Shown here: piece by piece, positions 1 to 10,769 of the stretch
Numbering within the stretch: the stretch's first letter is position 1
Layout of the letters: every line of letters begins with the position of its first letter
Assembly: GCA_030432755.1 (NCBI GenBank)
Contig: JAUILZ010000003.1
Location: forward strand, 195,863 to 259,862
Direction of reading: 5' to 3'
DNA: 64,000 bases
DNA from: Gammaproteobacteria bacterium
GTDB taxonomy: Bacteria; Pseudomonadota; Gammaproteobacteria; Arenicellales; Poriferihabitantaceae
Notes under the pieces: generated by a model
Seen by the model: the letters and a program-made list of their open reading frames with translations, nothing else
What the model was told of the DNA's origin: nothing
Database searches by the model: none
Program-made: the position numbers and the translations under genes

Positions 1-398
1 CACATCGGCGGGATCGATCCAGGGTTCGAACCGCTCCGGAATCCACTCGGAAAAATAGGAACGCGGAACGAGTACGCGCGAATCGACGTAAAAAGGATAT
101 CCCGCGAACCAGGCTTCGCCCAGCAGATAAGCCAGGGGCTGGCGATTGTGAATGCGCTGGTCGAGTAACACCGACACGGCTTCCGCCTGTGGCGAGGTGA
201 GCGCCGCATCCCAGGGAATGTCGTTCGAGTCCAGGGGAACATTACAGGCGGCCAGCACCAGCCACGCCGCTTCTTCTCCCGTGTCGAGGGCGCCATGTCC
301 ACAATGAACGCCGGCATCCTCGAGTACAGCCGAAACCTGGTCGATGGCATCGGACAGCGACATACCCGCCACCGGACTGGCATCCGTCACTGCCTGCA
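1..398 (-). CDS. prmB: Ribosomal protein L3 glutamine N5-methyltransferase (PrmB-like); 3' part runs off the window
   Basis: Manual minus-strand translation gives ...SLSDAIDQVSAVLEDAGVHCGHGALDTGEEAAWLVL...QPLAYLLGEAWFAGYPFYVDSRVLVPRSYFSEWI..., which matches the PrmB/HemK-family core. Absent from the ORF track because it is open at the window edge. Start is uncertain (ATG at 398; alternatives 437 and 363). Confidence 0.6.
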
Positions 399-439
399 TA
401 CCCAGGTGTCGGATTGTCGGGAACGGGAATCCGCCCATG

Positions 440-463
440 AAAAAGGCGCCACGCGGGCGCCTT
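440..463 (-). terminator. Rho-independent terminator downstream of rpmE
   Basis: The minus strand reads AGGCGCC-cgcgt-GGCGCCT followed by TTTTT, 24 nt after the rpmE stop. Confidence 0.6.
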
Positions 464-486
464 CTCTCGAGCACATCGTTGCGTGA

Positions 487-690
487 CTACTTGCGGTTGT
501 AACGCGCCTGGAACTTGCCGACCCGGCCGGCGGTGTCGACCACCTTCTGCTTGCCGGTGTAGAAAGGGTGGCAGGAAGAGCAGATCTCGATCTGCAGGTC
601 CCGACCCAGGGTGGAACGGGTCTGGATCGTGTTGCCACAGGCACAGGTCACCGTGATGTCGCTGTATTCAGGGTGGATGCCGGGTTTCAT
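487..690 (-). CDS. rpmE: 50S ribosomal protein L31 (zinc-ribbon C+ form)
   Basis: MKPGIHPEY...CACGN...[13 protein letters not shown]; four Cys are present; strong RBS aaggaga upstream. Confidence 0.95.
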   Translation of the reverse strand: MKPGIHPEYSDITVTCACGNTIQTRSTLGRDLQIEICSSCHPFYTGKQKVVDTAGRVGKFQARYNRK

Positions 691-815
691 CGCTGTCTCC
701 TTGTTCGCGGCCAGTGCCGCGGGGATGGGTTACAAAATCGGGGGCGCGATGATAGTGAAAATCACGCCCGGAATCAAGGACTTTGGCGGGGCGGGGTACG
801 CCCTGGGACAGGTCC

Positions 816-2162
<1,347 letters not shown>

Positions 2163-2532
2163 GAAGGAAGAACGATAAACGAGTGAGAAAGAAATGCGCG
2201 AAACCCTGCGCCGGGCGAGTCTGGGATCGGACCGGTCGCCCCCTGGGGATGTTTATTGTAGCGGCAGCCTGAACGGCCGCCCGGAAGGACGCGGTTCCTG
2301 AATAATAATGCTGTCGCTACAATAAGTCCAGCGTTACGGAGACGTCGAAATACGCCTCCCGGCGAGCCGAAATTCCCGTGGAATAACCACGGAATCCCTC
2401 GCCCAGACTATCTCTGCGTCCTATATCTGCGTCACCACCACGGCGCGGCGTAAAAACCGCGCTAGCCGGCCACAGGAATCCAGCGACTCCGTACCGCCTG
2501 GTCTCGCCAGGCCGGTTCCAGGTCTCGCGGGA

Positions 2533-2874
2533 TCAGCCCGCGACGACCTCTACATTGCTGTCGATAAATGCGGTGAGCTGGGACTTGGAAACGGCGCCGA
2601 CCTTGGTGGCCTCGACGTTGCCGTCCTTGAACAGCATCAGCGTCGGAATCCCGCGAATCCCGTACTTGGGCGGTGTTGCCGGATTCTCATCGATGTTAAG
2701 CTTGGCTATCTTTAGTTTGCCACCATATTCTTCGGCGATCTCGTCCAGTATCGGGGCGATCATCTTGCAGGGCCCGCACCATTCCGCCCAGTAATCGATC
2801 AATACCGGGCCTTCCGCGTTCAACACTTCGTCTGCGAATGAGTCATCGCTGACATGCACGATTTTGCTGGACAT
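2533..2874 (-). CDS. trxA: Thioredoxin 1
   Basis: WAEWCGPCK active site; 113 aa; conserved position between rho and rhlB. Confidence 0.95.
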   Translation of the reverse strand: MSSKIVHVSDDSFADEVLNAEGPVLIDYWAEWCGPCKMIAPILDEIAEEYGGKLKIAKLNIDENPATPPKYGIRGIPTLMLFKDGNVEATKVGAVSKSQLTAFIDSNVEVVAG

Positions 2875-2991
2875 GAGAATGCCTTGGAGGGGAAATTTAT
2901 TCGCCTAAATATGCAGTCAGCGTGCGAGCGAATCAAGTAGTTTGACCATTTCGTTGTCCCGCCGGAAGGCCGGCAACCATCGACACCCAGA

Positions 2992-4614
2992 ATGACCGAA
3001 AAACATCTGACAAATCAGAAATTTAGCGAACTGCCGCTGGACCAGCGCCTGCAACAGGGTCTGGCTGAGGCCGGATTCGAATACTGCACGCCGATCCAGG
3101 CGGAATCACTGCCCCATGCGCTCGCCGGCACCGATGTCGCCGGCCAGGCGAAGACCGGCACAGGCAAGACCATCGCCTTCCTGCTCGCCTGTTGTAACAA
3201 GCTTCTCGGCAACCCCCCCCTGGAAGGTCACAAGCCGGGCGATCCCAGGGCGCTTATCCTCGCGCCCACGCGGGAACTGGCGATCCAGATCCACAAGGAC
3301 GCGCTGCTCCTGAACGCCCACACCGGCCTTTCGATTGGCCTCGTTTACGGCGGCACCGGTTATGACCAGCAGAAGGCCATGCTGGCCGAGGGTAACGACA
3401 TACTCATCGGCACGCCGGGACGGCTGATCGATTTCTTCCGCCAGAACCTTTACACCCTGAAATTCGCCGAGGTCGCCATCCTCGACGAGGCGGACCGGAT
3501 GTTCGATCTCGGCTTCATCAAGGACATCCGCTTCCTCCTCAGGCGCATGCCACCGGCGGAGCAGCGCCTCAACCTGCTCTATACCGCGACGCTGTCGTTC
3601 CGCGTGATGGAACTCGCGTACGAGCACATGAACAATCCCATGGAGATCAAGATCGACACCGACGAGGTGGTGGCGGACAAGGTCGTCGAGACAAGCTACT
3701 ACCCCGGGGACGAGGAGAAGCTGCCGCTCCTGATCAACATGCTGCGCCAGGTCGAGTCCGATCGCGTGCTGGTGTTCGTCAATACGCGCTACGCCGCGGA
3801 AGACGTGGCCGCGGCTCTACGGGCCAACGATATCGAGAGCGGTACGCTGTCCGGCGACGTACCGCAGAACAAGCGCGAGAAACTGCTGGAACAGTTCAAG
3901 GAAGGCAAGAAGCGCGTGCTCGTGGCCACGGACGTCGCCGCCCGCGGCCTGCATATTCCCTCGGTGAGCCACGTGTTCAACTACGACCTGCCCCAGGACG
4001 CCGAGGACTATGTGCATCGCATCGGCCGCACAGCTCGCGCGGGCGCGAGCGGCGAGGCGATCAGCTTCATCTGCGAGAAGTACGCCTATTCGATCATGGA
4101 GATCGAGGAGTACATCGGCCATCCGCTGCCACGCAATCCCATCGACCCCTCATTGCTCGTCCCGGTGAATCCGGCGCCGCCGCGCAAGCGCCGTGATCGC
4201 GACAAGCTCAAGGGAAAGGGAAAAGGCAAGGACAGGGGGCGCCCGGAAGGTCGCGGTCGCGAGGAGCGCCGTGGCAGAAAGCGTCGCGGGGACAAGGACG
4301 GAAACAGGTCCGAAGTCCGGGATACGCCACAGCCTGAAACTGCAAATAGCGAAGCTGCAGAGCGGAAACAGGACGACCCTGTTGTGACGGATTCGACGCC
4401 TGTTCCTTCCCGACCTCAGGAGGACGAACAGACCCCGGTCGTTGACTCAACCTCCGTCGACATTCAGCCCAACGGCGAAGCGCCGCCGATGGCCGCTGCC
4501 GCCGTGACGCCGCAGGAAAGCACGCAACCGGACAGCGAAACTCCGCCGATTGATTTCAAGCTGCCACCCCAGCGTTTCAGCCGCCGGTTTGGAGAGGTGC
4601 CCGCGGTCGGTTGA
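2992..4614 (+). CDS. rhlB: ATP-dependent DEAD-box RNA helicase RhlB with a long basic/acidic C-terminal tail
   Basis: Motifs Q (TPIQ), AQTGTGKT-like 'AKTGTGKT', DEAD and HRIGRTAR. The N-terminus resembles E. coli RhlB, and the gene is divergent from trxA as in E. coli. Confidence 0.85.
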   Translation: MTEKHLTNQKFSELPLDQRLQQGLAEAGFEYCTPIQAESLPHALAGTDVAGQAKTGTGKTIAFLLACCNKLLGNPPLEGHKPGDPRALILAPTRELAIQIHKDALLLNAHTGLSIGLVYGGTGYDQQKAMLAEGNDILIGTPGRLIDFFRQNLYTLKFAEVAILDEADRMFDLGFIKDIRFLLRRMPPAEQRLNLLYTATLSFRVMELAYEHMNNPMEIKIDTDEVVADKVVETSYYPGDEEKLPLLINMLRQVESDRVLVFVNTRYAAEDVAAALRANDIESGTLSGDVPQNKREKLLEQFKEGKKRVLVATDVAARGLHIPSVSHVFNYDLPQDAEDYVHRIGRTARAGASGEAISFICEKYAYSIMEIEEYIGHPLPRNPIDPSLLVPVNPAPPRKRRDRDKLKGKGKGKDRGRPEGRGREERRGRKRRGDKDGNRSEVRDTPQPETANSEAAERKQDDPVVTDSTPVPSRPQEDEQTPVVDSTSVDIQPNGEAPPMAAAAVTPQESTQPDSETPPIDFKLPPQRFSRRFGEVPAVG

Positions 4615-4745
4615 CCGCGCGCGGCCCCTCGGCCGGCGAATCAGCCGCAGTTCTGGCGGGACAGGCAGTCCGGATCAGGCCGGGAGGATTTCAGGCCGGA
4701 GCGATTTCAGGCCAACAAGGCCGACAATCGCAGGGTCACAAAGCG

Positions 4746-5975
4746 TCAGAAACGCTTGCTCGCGGCGAAGTTGACCTCGTTGGAGTCTTCCATGGTGCCG
4801 GGGCCTTCCACATCCTTGCCGACGATTTCTATGCCGATGCGAGTGCTCGGCCACGGGGTCCAGGTGTAACCCAGGTGGATGGTGTCCAGCGTTTCCACGC
4901 CATGCGCCACATCGGCGGAGTCCGAGGCAAAGCGATTGAACGCCAGGTGCACGTTGGAATGTTCGCCCAGGCGATAGTTCAGACTGGGATTGATGCTGAT
5001 GGATTCCGACGGGCTCAGGAATCGCGATGCCTCAGCCGCGGTCTTGCGGTCACCCACGCGGCCAAGGATAAAGCTGTCGATACTGTTGCCGAGGGTCACA
5101 CTGAGGGCGGCGAACAGTTCACCGAAACGCCAGCCCCCGGCCAGGTTGATACCCCAGCCAGTGCCGCCTTCATCCTCGAGGTCCTCACCGGACTCCGTGT
5201 CGAATTCACGCCCGAGCGCTGAAAAGCTGTACTGGCCACGCTGGTCCGCGGTGCTGCCACGCCATGACAGGATCAGGCTCGGAGCGCCATCCACGGAGCC
5301 ATCGTCTCCGGCATTCGCCAGGCCCAAACCGTCCGCCGCGGTGCGCGGACCGAGGAAGCTGTAGTCGCGCTCGAATGCGACGCTGAATTCACCGAGCTGC
5401 CCGGCAGATGCCCAGGAAACCTGCTCGGAGGTGAGACCCTGTGAAGCGATGGACGCGGGCGCGCTGTCACGTTGCAGGAAGTCCTGGAAATTGCTCCAGT
5501 CATGCCCCACCGTGAGGGTCCCGGTGGAACCCTTGAGCGCGGTGGAGAAGCGGCGCACGCTGGTGTCGTCGGCCGCTGGATTCGTGCGCGAATCGAAGTC
5601 GAAACCACGGGTATCCAGGCCAATGCCGCTTGCGCGGCGGGCATTGAATTCCAGCGTGGTGGAAATGTCGAGGCCCCTCGCCGCGCCACTTCCCGCCCGA
5701 ACGGGAGCAAGAGTGGTGACGGAATTGACCTGGTAGCTGCTGGTGAACAGGCGGTCGTCCATCGCCGCGCCAAAGCCCAGATCGTCGATGGTCACCGGCG
5801 ACACTGCACTGGATTCGGCGCCCGACTGCGCAAAACCCGGCGCGGAAAACACGAGCAAGGCTACGCCCAGGGCGCCCGTAACGCTCCGGAAACGCGTTGA
5901 ACCGTGCACCCGAGTGCCGCTCAGCCTGTGTCGAAGGTTCTGCAAGCTATTGAATTTGCGCGATAATAACGTCAT
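4746..5975 (-). CDS. Putative outer-membrane beta-barrel (porin-like) protein
   Basis: Signal peptide ending ...SAPGFA/QS; alternating beta-strand-like pattern; C-terminal ...NFAASKRF with terminal Phe. No specific family recognised. Start is uncertain. Confidence 0.5.
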   Translation of the reverse strand: MTLLSRKFNSLQNLRHRLSGTRVHGSTRFRSVTGALGVALLVFSAPGFAQSGAESSAVSPVTIDDLGFGAAMDDRLFTSSYQVNSVTTLAPVRAGSGAARGLDISTTLEFNARRASGIGLDTRGFDFDSRTNPAADDTSVRRFSTALKGSTGTLTVGHDWSNFQDFLQRDSAPASIASQGLTSEQVSWASAGQLGEFSVAFERDYSFLGPRTAADGLGLANAGDDGSVDGAPSLILSWRGSTADQRGQYSFSALGREFDTESGEDLEDEGGTGWGINLAGGWRFGELFAALSVTLGNSIDSFILGRVGDRKTAAEASRFLSPSESISINPSLNYRLGEHSNVHLAFNRFASDSADVAHGVETLDTIHLGYTWTPWPSTRIGIEIVGKDVEGPGTMEDSNEVNFAASKRF

Positions 5976-6071
5976 CTGCGGAGGCCAACACCCTGTATTG
6001 CTCCTGTGACTTTCCCTGCGCGAAATTATAGGCGCCCGGGGGACGCCCTGTCCACTGGAATTCCTGACAAT

Positions 6072-6779
6072 TTACTGAATTTCCGAGGGTTTTGACTGCT
6101 GTCCGGGGAGTATCGCCACGCGGTTCTCGAACACCATGCCGTGCCCTTCTGCCTTGTTCCGGAGGATACCGATGAGTTCCGGGTAGCGCTCCCCGTCTCG
6201 AAGAACCCCGGCCACGGAAAGGGTCCCCGCCCCCGCCTCGAAGGAGACGTTCTCGAGGGCACGCAGGGTATCGGGCAGCGCCTCCATGAGTGGCAGCCAC
6301 TGCGCTGAAGCGGATTCGGGGTCCAGCGCCAGGGCATCCGCGTCGCCCCCCCCAGCGCCGCCAAACAGGGCAAGCACGGCATCCCGCGATGCTGCATCGG
6401 GAAGGGTTCCTTCCAGTATCCAGAGGCCGTCAGAACTGCGCGCGGCGCGCAGCCAGGGAAGTCCGATCGGGGCCTCGCTGGTCGCGTCCAGCACCACGCG
6501 CACCCCGGGCTCGGCGCCAGCCAGTTGACGCGCCGAGGCTGCCGCCCGGGGTCCCGCCACCGCGCCCGTCAGGGTCACGTCGCGGCCATCGACGCCTACT
6601 GAGAGACGGTGAAAGCCCGCGGATCGCAAGCGTTCGAGCACCCCGGCGCCGAGATCGCGTTCCATTTCCGGCAGCTCGACCAGCAGGGCACAGATCCACA
6701 GCCCCACCAGGCCCAGGAGACCGAACCAGAGCGTCCCCCGCCGCCCGGGAGACCGGTTCGCTTCGCTCCCGGAACTCAT
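6072..6779 (-). CDS. Membrane-anchored BON-like domain protein (hypothetical)
   Basis: The internal ATG at 6779 overlaps the mutM stop (ATGA). There is an N-terminal TM segment (LWFGLLGLVGLWICALLV). A BON-like stretch follows: SVGVDGRDVTLTGAVAGPRAAASARQLAGAEPGVRVV. Confidence 0.5.
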   Translation of the reverse strand: MSSGSEANRSPGRRGTLWFGLLGLVGLWICALLVELPEMERDLGAGVLERLRSAGFHRLSVGVDGRDVTLTGAVAGPRAAASARQLAGAEPGVRVVLDATSEAPIGLPWLRAARSSDGLWILEGTLPDAASRDAVLALFGGAGGGDADALALDPESASAQWLPLMEALPDTLRALENVSFEAGAGTLSVAGVLRDGERYPELIGILRNKAEGHGMVFENRVAILPGQQSKPSEIQ

Positions 6780-7591
6780 CGCTGGCAGCCGGGGCAGTAG
6801 TAGGTCGCGCGCTGTCCACTGACGATCCGCCTGACCGGGCGCTGGCATCGATAACAGGCCTCCCCTTCCCGGTCGTAAACCTTCAGTTTCTGGCTGAAGT
6901 ATCCCGGGTTGCCATCGGCGCGGGTGAAGTCCCTGAGCGTGGTGCCGCCCTGCTCGATGGCCGCTCGCAGGGTCTCCTGGATTTCCTCCGCCAGCGCGCG
7001 ATAGCGGGCGGTGGAGATCCGCGTCCCCTCGCGCTGTGGATGGATGCCCGCGCCATGCAGCGCCTCGGCGGCATAGATGTTTCCCACGCCGACCACGATC
7101 CTCGCGTTCATGATGATGCTCTTGATCGCGGCGCGCCGGCGATGGGCATGCCGCCAGAGCCAGTGACCGTCGAACTCTTCTGACAGGGGCTCCACGCCGA
7201 GCGACTTCAGCAGCGGATGATCCGCGACGTCTCCCGCCTGCCACAGGAGGCAGCCAAACCGGCGCGGGTCGCGAAAACGGAGTACCTTGCCATCCCGGGT
7301 CACGAGATCCACGTGATCGTGCGGGCCGGCCTCGCTACCCTCGTCCAGCACGCGCAACGATCCTGACATGCCGAGATGCAGCAGCATGCCGCCATCGTCC
7401 AGGCGCAGGAGAAGGTACTTGCCGCGCCGCTCCACCGCGAGGATCCGCTTGCCCGCGACGCGCGCCTCGAGACCACGCGGTACCGGCCAGCGCAGGCGCC
7501 GGTCACGCACCACGAGGCGCTCGATATCGACGCCTTCTAACCATGGCGCGACACCGCGCCGCGTGGTCTCGACCTCTGGAAGTTCCGGCAT
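6776..7591 (-). CDS. mutM: Formamidopyrimidine-DNA glycosylase
   Basis: MPELPEVETTRRG N-terminus (catalytic Pro2); C-terminal zinc finger CYRCQ...YYCPGCQ. Confidence 0.95.
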   Translation of the reverse strand: MPELPEVETTRRGVAPWLEGVDIERLVVRDRRLRWPVPRGLEARVAGKRILAVERRGKYLLLRLDDGGMLLHLGMSGSLRVLDEGSEAGPHDHVDLVTRDGKVLRFRDPRRFGCLLWQAGDVADHPLLKSLGVEPLSEEFDGHWLWRHAHRRRAAIKSIIMNARIVVGVGNIYAAEALHGAGIHPQREGTRISTARYRALAEEIQETLRAAIEQGGTTLRDFTRADGNPGYFSQKLKVYDREGEACYRCQRPVRRIVSGQRATYYCPGCQR

Positions 7592-7653
7592 GGAAATCTG
7601 ATGCAAACTCGCTACAATCCCGCCCTCCTAGGATAACCCATACCCTCTACGCG

Positions 7654-8673
7654 ATGTCCTTTACGGTTACCAACCAGCGTAACGGCGAGCAATTCGATAC
7701 CCGGCCCGGGGAATCGATACTCGACGCCGCGCTCAGGGACAATCGCATCTTCCCCTATGGCTGCCGCAGCGGGGTCTGCGGCGCCTGCAAGTGCGAGCTG
7801 GTCAGCGGTTCGGTCGACTATGGCGACTACGAGGACTTCGCTCTCAGCGACGACGAAAAGGCCGCCGGAAAACTGCTGATCTGCCAGGCGACACCGCTCG
7901 AGGACGTGGTCATCGACGCCGACGAGGTAATGACCGGTCAGAACATCCAGATTCGCATGTTGCCCTGCCGTATCGGCAGGATGGAGCGCCTTGCGGACGA
8001 CGTCATGCGTCTCTACCTCACGCTGCCGAAGTCCCAGGAGTTCAACTTCATTCCCGGCCAGTACATCGACCTGCTGATGAAGGACGGTCAGCGGCGCAGT
8101 TTTTCCATCGCCAGCCAGCCGCAACAGGTGCGCGAAGACGGCCTTGAACTGCATATCCGACTGGTGCCCGGCGGGCAGTTCACGCCGCGCGTCTTCGATG
8201 GCATGAAGGAACGCGACCTGCTGCGCCTGGAGGGGCCCTTCGGCACCTATTTCCTCCAGTCCGATGTGGATCGACCCGTCATCATGGTGGCCGGTGGCAC
8301 CGGGTTCGCTCCGGTCAAGGGTCTTATCGAACACGCCATGGACGAAGACCCGAACTACAGCATCCACCTGTTCTGGGGCGCCCGCGACCGCAAGGACCTG
8401 TATCTTGACTCACTGGCGTCGGAGTGGGCCTCGCGCTACCAGAACTTCCGCTACACGCCGGTGCTGTCAGAATCATCGTCGGCGGACTGGACCGGCGCCA
8501 CCGGCTTCGCCCACGAGGCGGTGATCGCGGAATACGACGATTTCAGTGGCCATGACGTCTATGCCAGCGGACCACCGGTGATGGTAAACGCCGTGCGCGA
8601 TCATCTCTCGAAGCGCGGCATGTCCATCGAGAGTTTCCACTTCGATTCCTTCGACTTCGCCCACCAGGACTGA
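7654..8673 (+). CDS. 2Fe-2S ferredoxin / FAD-NAD(P) oxidoreductase fusion (CDP-6-deoxy-delta-3,4-glucoseen reductase-like)
   Basis: CRSGVCGACKC plant-type ferredoxin motif, RSFSIAS flavin motif and GGTGFAP nucleotide-binding motif. The ATG at 7654 avoids overlap with mutM. Confidence 0.8.
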   Translation: MSFTVTNQRNGEQFDTRPGESILDAALRDNRIFPYGCRSGVCGACKCELVSGSVDYGDYEDFALSDDEKAAGKLLICQATPLEDVVIDADEVMTGQNIQIRMLPCRIGRMERLADDVMRLYLTLPKSQEFNFIPGQYIDLLMKDGQRRSFSIASQPQQVREDGLELHIRLVPGGQFTPRVFDGMKERDLLRLEGPFGTYFLQSDVDRPVIMVAGGTGFAPVKGLIEHAMDEDPNYSIHLFWGARDRKDLYLDSLASEWASRYQNFRYTPVLSESSSADWTGATGFAHEAVIAEYDDFSGHDVYASGPPVMVNAVRDHLSKRGMSIESFHFDSFDFAHQD

Positions 8674-8755
8674 GCCGCAACGCGGCCGGCGGTAAATGGT
8701 TTTGTGACATGGTACCGCTTGATCCCGTCACCCCGTCCTGCTGAAATGCAACGCG

Positions 8756-8774
8756 ATGGTCCCGCGCGGACCAT
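8756..8774. other. Perfect inverted repeat ATGGTCC-cgcgc-GGACCAT
   Basis: Read directly; 7-bp arms. Lies between the reductase stop and the tandem array. Confidence 0.6.
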
Positions 8775-8806
8775 CCTGACAACAGCAATACCGGCGCATA
8801 CATCCG

Positions 8807-8881
8807 GACCGGGTCTCGACAGACCGGATCTCGCGTGACCGGGTCTCGACAGACCGGGTCTCGCGTGACCGGGTCTCGTAA
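8807..8881. repeat. Five tandem 15-bp repeats GACCGG(G/A)TCTCGnnn (30-bp double unit x2.5)
   Basis: Copies at 8807, 8822, 8837, 8852 and 8867, each with the palindromic core GACCnGGTC. Intergenic, about 75 nt upstream of the ATG at 8955. Confidence 0.85.
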
Positions 8882-8954
8882 AACCGGGGCTCACCGGTCC
8901 GGACACTCGGCCCGACACTCTGACAGAAAAAACAGGCAGGGAGTACCACGACAG

Positions 8955-10748
8955 ATGGCGTCCAACGCATTCCATGCGCGCAGGTTCGGGGCCGTCCCCT
9001 GGATCCTGATCCTGATGCTTGGCGCGGGCTGTGGTGGCAGCTCCGCGGAGCGCGAAGATGCGAGGGACACAGGGCAGGTCGAGGCGGTGGAAATCGTGGA
9101 CCGTACGCCCGTGACTGATGCCGCCGAGGTAACAGTGAATGCGGCGGAAGAGTCCCTGCCCTCCCGCGGTGTGGTGATCGAAGCTGACAGGGAAGCCGAC
9201 CCGACGGCGCATCCCCCGAGACACGCCGAAGCGCCAGGCCGGATCGAGCAGCGTTCGCCGCGGGAAGTAAACCCGCCTGCCGCGCCAACAAGGGATATCG
9301 GCAGCGTGATCATCGCCGCCCCAAGGGATCCGGGCAGCCGCCTGCGCATGGTGGACTGCTGGTTTGAAATACCGTCGCATGCTCCACCGGTGACCTGCTA
9401 CCGCATGCAGGTGCCGGAATCCCATGCCCGGCCCGGGTCGCGGGAAATCGATTTCCCGGTGTTGCGGCTGTCCGCCGCGGACGACAGCGATAAGACGCCG
9501 GTGCTCCATCTCGGCGGCGGCGGACCCGGCAACCCCCTGGGTCTCGACAGAGACAACATCGGTAACTGGGTCTGGGACTGGTACCGCGAACTGTCCATCG
9601 ACGACAACCGCGATCTCTATCTCATGGATCCTCGTGGCGTGGGTATGGCGCGGCCCGTACTCGTCTGCAGCGAGTACATCCCCGCGTTCCTCGGCTCGCT
9701 CTCGCGCGACCTCAGCGTCAGCGAGGAAGTCGAGTGGAACCGGCGCGTCAACCGCCAGTGCGTGGACCGGTTGCGTCGCGAGGGCGTCGACCTCTCCGCC
9801 TACAACAGCCGCAGTATCGCGAGCGACGTCGCACTACTCAGCCGCGCCCTGGGAATACCACGCTGGAACCTGTACGGCGTGTCCTATGGCAGCCGTTACG
9901 CCCTTACCCTGGCGCGGGAATACCCCGAACTGGTCGAGTCGATGGTGCTCGACGCGGCGGTGTTCCCCAACGTGCGCTACATGGATCATTATGGCCGCAA
10001 CCTGGAAATGGCGTTCCAGCGACTGCTCGGCCACTGCGTCTCCGATACCGCCTGCCGCAACGCGCTGGGGGATCCCGCCACGCGGTTCTGGGATCTCGTC
10101 CGGAAACTGAACACGCATCCGTTGCACACCACCGTCAGCCATCCCGATACCGGTCGTGACGTCACGCTGGTGCTGAACGGTGAACGTTTTCTCGGCGTGG
10201 TCTACAACACCCTGTACGACGCCGCCCAGTTCCGTGACCTGCCGGATATTCTCTCCAGCCTGGAGCGGGGCGAACTTGGCATCTTCGAGCAGAAGGTCGA
10301 GGACTGGATCGCGTTCCAGACCGACGCGGACTACGGCGACGCCAGCGCCGCGGCGCATTTCTGTTACGAGGAATCACCCTTCGTGGACTATGACGGCGCC
10401 ATCGCGGAAGCATCGATGTTGCGGAAGGAGCTGCGCGAAGCCTCGGTTGCGATGCTGCGGTACAACCAGGAGCAATGCCGACGTTGGCCGGTAGCCCCGG
10501 GCGGCGCAGAGGAAGGCAACCCGGTGAACACCCCGATCCCCACGCTGTTCCTGCATGGCGCGCTGGATCCGGTATTACCGGTTGAAAACCTGGAGAACCA
10601 GCTACGTCACTTCGCCAACGCGGACGTCGAGATCTTTGCCGAGGTGTCGCACAGCATCGTCGGCATCCATCCCTGCGGGGAAACCCTGGCGAGCGCGTTC
10701 TATAACTACAAGCTCGGCTTTCGCGAGCACGTCTCCTGCAGACACTGA
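8955..10748 (+). CDS. Secreted/lipoprotein alpha/beta hydrolase (tripeptidyl-aminopeptidase/TAP-like family)
   Basis: Signal peptide with LMLGAGC lipobox-like Cys; GVSYGS nucleophile elbow; C-terminal PTLFLHGALDPVLP...SHS. The start at 8955 was chosen over the repeat-encoded 8835. Confidence 0.75.
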   Translation: MASNAFHARRFGAVPWILILMLGAGCGGSSAEREDARDTGQVEAVEIVDRTPVTDAAEVTVNAAEESLPSRGVVIEADREADPTAHPPRHAEAPGRIEQRSPREVNPPAAPTRDIGSVIIAAPRDPGSRLRMVDCWFEIPSHAPPVTCYRMQVPESHARPGSREIDFPVLRLSAADDSDKTPVLHLGGGGPGNPLGLDRDNIGNWVWDWYRELSIDDNRDLYLMDPRGVGMARPVLVCSEYIPAFLGSLSRDLSVSEEVEWNRRVNRQCVDRLRREGVDLSAYNSRSIASDVALLSRALGIPRWNLYGVSYGSRYALTLAREYPELVESMVLDAAVFPNVRYMDHYGRNLEMAFQRLLGHCVSDTACRNALGDPATRFWDLVRKLNTHPLHTTVSHPDTGRDVTLVLNGERFLGVVYNTLYDAAQFRDLPDILSSLERGELGIFEQKVEDWIAFQTDADYGDASAAAHFCYEESPFVDYDGAIAEASMLRKELREASVAMLRYNQEQCRRWPVAPGGAEEGNPVNTPIPTLFLHGALDPVLPVENLENQLRHFANADVEIFAEVSHSIVGIHPCGETLASAFYNYKLGFREHVSCRH

Positions 10749-10769
10749 TATCCGCTCGGGAGTAACGGC

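Noticed and set aside
4687-4713. Short direct repeat gatttcaggcc x2 between convergent rhlB and the porin-like gene.
   Set aside because: Only two 11-nt copies are present, with no clear hairpin or known motif. This is probably chance in a terminator region.
6780-7244. N-terminal 155 aa of ORF 6072..7244, which would overlap mutM.
   Set aside because: The Arg/Gly/Pro-rich sequence lies out of frame within mutM. The internal ATG at 6779 gives a sensible TM-anchored protein with an ATGA junction.
8807-8881. Possible CRISPR array.
   Set aside because: The repeats are contiguous 15-mers with no spacers, far shorter than CRISPR repeats, and no cas genes lie in the window.
8835-8954. Upstream start giving MTGSRQTGSRVTGSRKTG… on the hydrolase.
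   Set aside because: That peptide is just the translated 15-bp DNA repeat. The ATG at 8955 yields a normal signal peptide/lipobox.
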